Below, one piece after another: positions 28,613-32,000 of a DNA stretch of 32,000 bases (position 1 is the first letter of the stretch; each line of letters begins with the position of its first letter). Below the pieces are notes generated by a model. That model was given only the letters and a program-made list of their open reading frames with translations, was not told the origin of the DNA and made no database searches. This DNA comes from Demequinaceae bacterium. Lineage in GTDB: Bacteria > Actinomycetota > Actinomycetes > Actinomycetales > Demequinaceae. A program made the translations under genes and the position numbers. Location of the stretch: contig OZ252279.1 of assembly GCA_965250005.1 (NCBI GenBank), forward strand, positions 120,001 through 152,000, in the 5' to 3' direction.

Positions 28613-30211
28613 GTGTTCGCCACGCTTTCTGACCGCCTCACCGCGACGTTCAAGAACCTCCGCGGCAAGGGAAAACTGTCCGAAGCGGACATCGACGGCA
28701 CCATCCGCGAGATCCGCCGCGCACTGCTCGACGCCGACGTTGCCGTCGCCGTGGTCAAGACCTTCACCGCGGCCATCCGCGAGCGCGCGCTTGGCGCGGA
28801 GGTCTCCGGGTCCCTCAACCCCGGCCAGCAGGTAGTCAAGATCATCAACGAGGAACTCATCGCGATCCTCGGTGGCAGCGCCCGCGGCATCCAGCGCGCC
28901 AAGACCGGCCCCACGATCATCATGCTCGCGGGATTGCAGGGCGCGGGAAAAACAACGCTCGCCGCGAAGCTCGCCATGCACCTCAAGGAGCGGGGCGACA
29001 CTCCCCTCCTAGTCGCAGCCGACCTGCAGCGCCCCAACGCCGTTAATCAGCTCCAGGTGGTGGGCGAGCAAGCCGGAGTGCCCGTGTTCGCTCCTGAGAA
29101 GGGCGTGACTAGCGAGGACAAGAAGCCCTCAGGCGACCCGGTCAAGGTCACCAAGAAGGCGCTCAAGGAAGCCGCGTCTAAGCAACACAACGTCGTGATC
29201 GTGGACACAGCCGGACGCTTGGGCGTAGACGACGAGCTCATGAAGCAGGCCACAGATATCCGCAACGCGATCAAGCCGGATGAAGTGCTGTTCGTGATCG
29301 ACGCGATGATCGGCCAGGACGCTGTCACCACCGCGCAGGCGTTCCAGGAGGGCGTCGGCTTCACCGGCGTCGTCCTCACCAAGCTCGATGGCGACGCGCG
29401 CGGCGGTGCTGCGCTGTCCGTCGCGCAGGTCACGGGCAAGCCCATCATGTTTGCGTCCACAGGCGAAAAACTGAGCGAGTTCGAGGTCTTTCACCCCGAC
29501 CGCATGGCCTCGCGCATCCTCGACATGGGTGACGTGCTCACCCTGATCGAGCAGGCGGAGAAGGCGTTCGACGAGGGCGAGGCGGAACGCTTCGCGGCCA
29601 AGATGGCCAAGGGCGAGGACTTCACCCTGCACGATTTCCTTGGCCAGATGCAGCAACTCAAGAACATGGGCTCGATGCAGAAAATGCTCACCATGCTGCC
29701 CGGCATGGGCGACGCTCGCGAGGCAATCGAGAACTTCGACGAGAGCGAGCTCACGCGCACCGAGGCGATCATCCAGTCGATGACCGCCGCCGAGCGCGAC
29801 AGCGTCAAGCTGCTCAACGGCTCCCGCCGCTCGCGCATCGCCGCCGGTGCGGGAACCACCGTGACCGCGGTGAACACCCTGGTCAAGCGGTTCACGGACG
29901 CGCAGAAAATGATGAAGTCCGTGGCCGCGGGAGGGCAGCCGCAAATGCCCGGAATGGCCGGGCCTGGTGGGATGCCGCCGGGCTACGGAGCCGGCAAGAA
30001 GTCCAAGGGGCGGCAGGCACCCAAGGGCAAATCGAAGAAGGGCAAGAGTGGCAACCCCGCCAAGCGCGCGCAGCAGGAGGCCGCCGCGGCCCAGCGTGCG
30101 GCTGGAGTGGCCGCGCCGGGCAGCGCGTTCGGCATCGGCAAGGACGCGCCTCCGGTGGATGAGGTCCCCGAGATGCCCGAGGGATTCAGCAAGTTTCTGG
30201 GACGGAAGTAG
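28613..30211 (+). CDS. ffh: Signal recognition particle protein
   Basis: GLQGAGKTTLAAKLA, DTAGRLGVDD, TKLDGDARGG, Met-rich M domain; GTG at 28613 preceded by AAAGGAAAC. Confidence 0.95.
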   Translation: MFATLSDRLTATFKNLRGKGKLSEADIDGTIREIRRALLDADVAVAVVKTFTAAIRERALGAEVSGSLNPGQQVVKIINEELIAILGGSARGIQRAKTGPTIIMLAGLQGAGKTTLAAKLAMHLKERGDTPLLVAADLQRPNAVNQLQVVGEQAGVPVFAPEKGVTSEDKKPSGDPVKVTKKALKEAASKQHNVVIVDTAGRLGVDDELMKQATDIRNAIKPDEVLFVIDAMIGQDAVTTAQAFQEGVGFTGVVLTKLDGDARGGAALSVAQVTGKPIMFASTGEKLSEFEVFHPDRMASRILDMGDVLTLIEQAEKAFDEGEAERFAAKMAKGEDFTLHDFLGQMQQLKNMGSMQKMLTMLPGMGDAREAIENFDESELTRTEAIIQSMTAAERDSVKLLNGSRRSRIAAGAGTTVTAVNTLVKRFTDAQKMMKSVAAGGQPQMPGMAGPGGMPPGYGAGKKSKGRQAPKGKSKKGKSGNPAKRAQQEAAAAQRAAGVAAPGSAFGIGKDAPPVDEVPEMPEGFSKFLGRK

Positions 30212-30216
30212 GTCAC

Positions 30217-31311
30217 GTGGACGCGCCACTGAGGCTTGCCGGAACCGTTGTGGTCAACGGTGAGCGCGAGCTGAGCGAGGCGTGGGTGCTGGGTGGCCGC
30301 ATCACTTTCGAGCAGCCCGTCCACTCCGGTCCCGTGGATACGGTCGAAGGGTTTGTCCTGCCCGGCCTGGTGGACGTCCACTGCCACGTTGGCGTGACCA
30401 CGGCTGGCGCTACTGAGCCGGACCTCGCCGAGAAGCAGGCGGCGGCGGACCGTGACGCTGGCGTACTTCTCATCCGCGACGCGGGCTCGGCCCTGGACAC
30501 CTCGTGGATCAACGAGCGCGATGACCTGCCCCGCATTATTCGCTCTGGCCGGTTCATCGCCAGGCCCATGCGCTACATGCGCAACCTTCCGCGGGAGGTT
30601 AAGGACGTCGCAGACCTGCCCGCCGTGGCCGCCGACGAGGCGCGTCGCTCGGACGGCTGGGTCAAGCTGATCGCGGACTGGATCGACCGCGACCTTGGCG
30701 ACGCGGGTGACTTGCGCCCGCTCTGGCCAGACGACGTACTCGCGGAGGCGATAGCCGCCGCACAAGCCGAGGGGGCGCGCATAACCGCGCACACGTTCGC
30801 CACCGAAGCAGTTGACCCGCTCATCGAGGGCGGCATCGACTGCATCGAGCACGGCACCGGCATGACACCCGAGCAGATCCAACGCGCCGCCTCCATGAGC
30901 ATCCCCGTGGTCCCCACGCTGCTCCAGATCGCGCAGTTCGAATCCATTGCAGCTCAGGGCGAAGCCAAGTACCCGGTGTTCGCCGCGCGTATGCGCGGGA
31001 TGCACGCGCGTAGGCACCAGCAGGTGCGCGACTTCCGCGACGCGGGAATCCAGATGTACGTCGGCACGGATGCTGGAGGGAGCATCGGCCACGGGTCGCT
31101 ACCTGAGGAGGCGGCCGAAATGGTCGCTGCGGGTCTGCCTGCGCCGGAGGTAGTCGCGGCGGCGTCGTGGGAGGCGCGCGAGTGGCTCGGAGTGCCCGGA
31201 ATTGAGGAGGGCGCACCCGCGGACGTGGTGGTTTACGCGGGCGACCCGCGCGAGGACATCGCCGTGCTCGCCCGCCCGCTCGCCGTCCTGCTACGCGGCT
31301 CGCGCCACTAG
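30217..31311 (+). CDS. Amidohydrolase-family protein
   Basis: GFVLPGLVDVHCHVG, ARITAHTF, CIEHGTGM, YVGTDAGG, GAPADVVVYAGDP. Confidence 0.9.
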   Translation: MDAPLRLAGTVVVNGERELSEAWVLGGRITFEQPVHSGPVDTVEGFVLPGLVDVHCHVGVTTAGATEPDLAEKQAAADRDAGVLLIRDAGSALDTSWINERDDLPRIIRSGRFIARPMRYMRNLPREVKDVADLPAVAADEARRSDGWVKLIADWIDRDLGDAGDLRPLWPDDVLAEAIAAAQAEGARITAHTFATEAVDPLIEGGIDCIEHGTGMTPEQIQRAASMSIPVVPTLLQIAQFESIAAQGEAKYPVFAARMRGMHARRHQQVRDFRDAGIQMYVGTDAGGSIGHGSLPEEAAEMVAAGLPAPEVVAAASWEAREWLGVPGIEEGAPADVVVYAGDPREDIAVLARPLAVLLRGSRH

Positions 31312-31382
31312 CGCGGGGCCCGCGTGTCAATGCGTTTCGCCAAACGCTAGACGTGGGCGGCGAAATCGCGCAGAGTGGACCC

Positions 31383-32000
31383 ATGCCAACCGACACCACC
31401 GTCGCACCTGCACGCCAGAAGCAAGCGAAGAAGCGCTCATGGTGGCGCGACTCCGTCGAAGCGGCAGCCTGGTTCACGGGCGCCATCACCGTCGCGTTCT
31501 TTTTCCACAGCGGGGGAGCGCAGCTCACGTCTACGACCGACGCGATCAGCTCGCTCGGTCGCCTGCTGGGGCTGACAGCCGCGAGCATGGTCATGGTTCA
31601 GCTGATCCTGATCTCGCGCTCTCCGTGGGTGGAAAAGGCGTTCGGCCACGACCGCATGGCCAAACTGCATACGCGCATGGGCAAGCTCGCGTTCGTATTC
31701 ATGGTGGCGCACCTGACGATCATCATCCTTGCGCACTCGATCTACGAGAGCACCAGCTACATCGGGCATTTCGTTGAGATCTTCACGGAATCCTGGTTCA
31801 TGCGGTGGGCGATCCTGGGCGTGGGAATCTTTTTTGTCACCGTGGGCATCTCGCTGTCGCGTATCCGCCCGCGCTGGAAGTACCAGAACTGGCATGCCGT
31901 GCACCTCTTCATGTACGTGGCGATCGCGCTGGTCATCCCACACCAATTCCTCGAAGGGTCCACGTTCCGCGGCTTCGGAGTCGCGTGGTTCTGGTGGCTC
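31383..32000 (+). CDS. Ferric-reductase-like transmembrane protein (3' end outside window)
   Basis: Open from ATG 31383 (MPTDTTVAPARQKQAKKRSWWRDSVEAAAWFTGAITVAFFFHSGG...KLHTRMGKLAFVFMVAHL...NWHAVHLFMYVAIALVIPHQF) to the window end; His-containing TM helices. Confidence 0.75.
   Translation, partial: MPTDTTVAPARQKQAKKRSWWRDSVEAAAWFTGAITVAFFFHSGGAQLTSTTDAISSLGRLLGLTAASMVMVQLILISRSPWVEKAFGHDRMAKLHTRMGKLAFVFMVAHLTIIILAHSIYESTSYIGHFVEIFTESWFMRWAILGVGIFFVTVGISLSRIRPRWKYQNWHAVHLFMYVAIALVIPHQFLEGSTFRGFGVAWFWWL

Overview
This 32 kb window is high-GC actinobacterial DNA carrying a housekeeping backbone: ileS with a T-box leader, folC, DUF4233, ndk, smc, ftsY, glnB, glnD, ffh and an amidohydrolase gene. 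The window ends inside a ferric-reductase-like membrane gene. The backbone is interrupted by genes for exported or membrane-anchored proteins. Main observations: (1) a complete IS3-family element, about 1304 bp (24422..25725), with 23-bp terminal inverted repeats carrying one mismatch. It has no visible target duplication, and its right edge abuts an N-terminally deleted second glnD (HD domain only), so an IS-associated deletion between ftsY and glnB is likely. (2) A 16-bp tandem repeat array that contains the glnB stop codon and the only usable upstream glnD start. (3) A family of three paralogous lipoproteins between ileS and folC, the first interrupted by one in-frame TAG. (4) Two related membrane-anchored proteins built from repeated PPC-like beta-sandwich modules, one with an N-terminal zinc ribbon. 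(5) A 4-nt-overlapping gene pair encoding a lipoprotein and a lysozyme-like/triple-LysM secreted protein, inserted between DUF4233 and ndk. (6) A GlnD that ends right after its HD domain, without ACT domains. I found no CRISPR array, tRNA, rRNA or recognisable defence system. Family names come from reading the translations, not from database searches.
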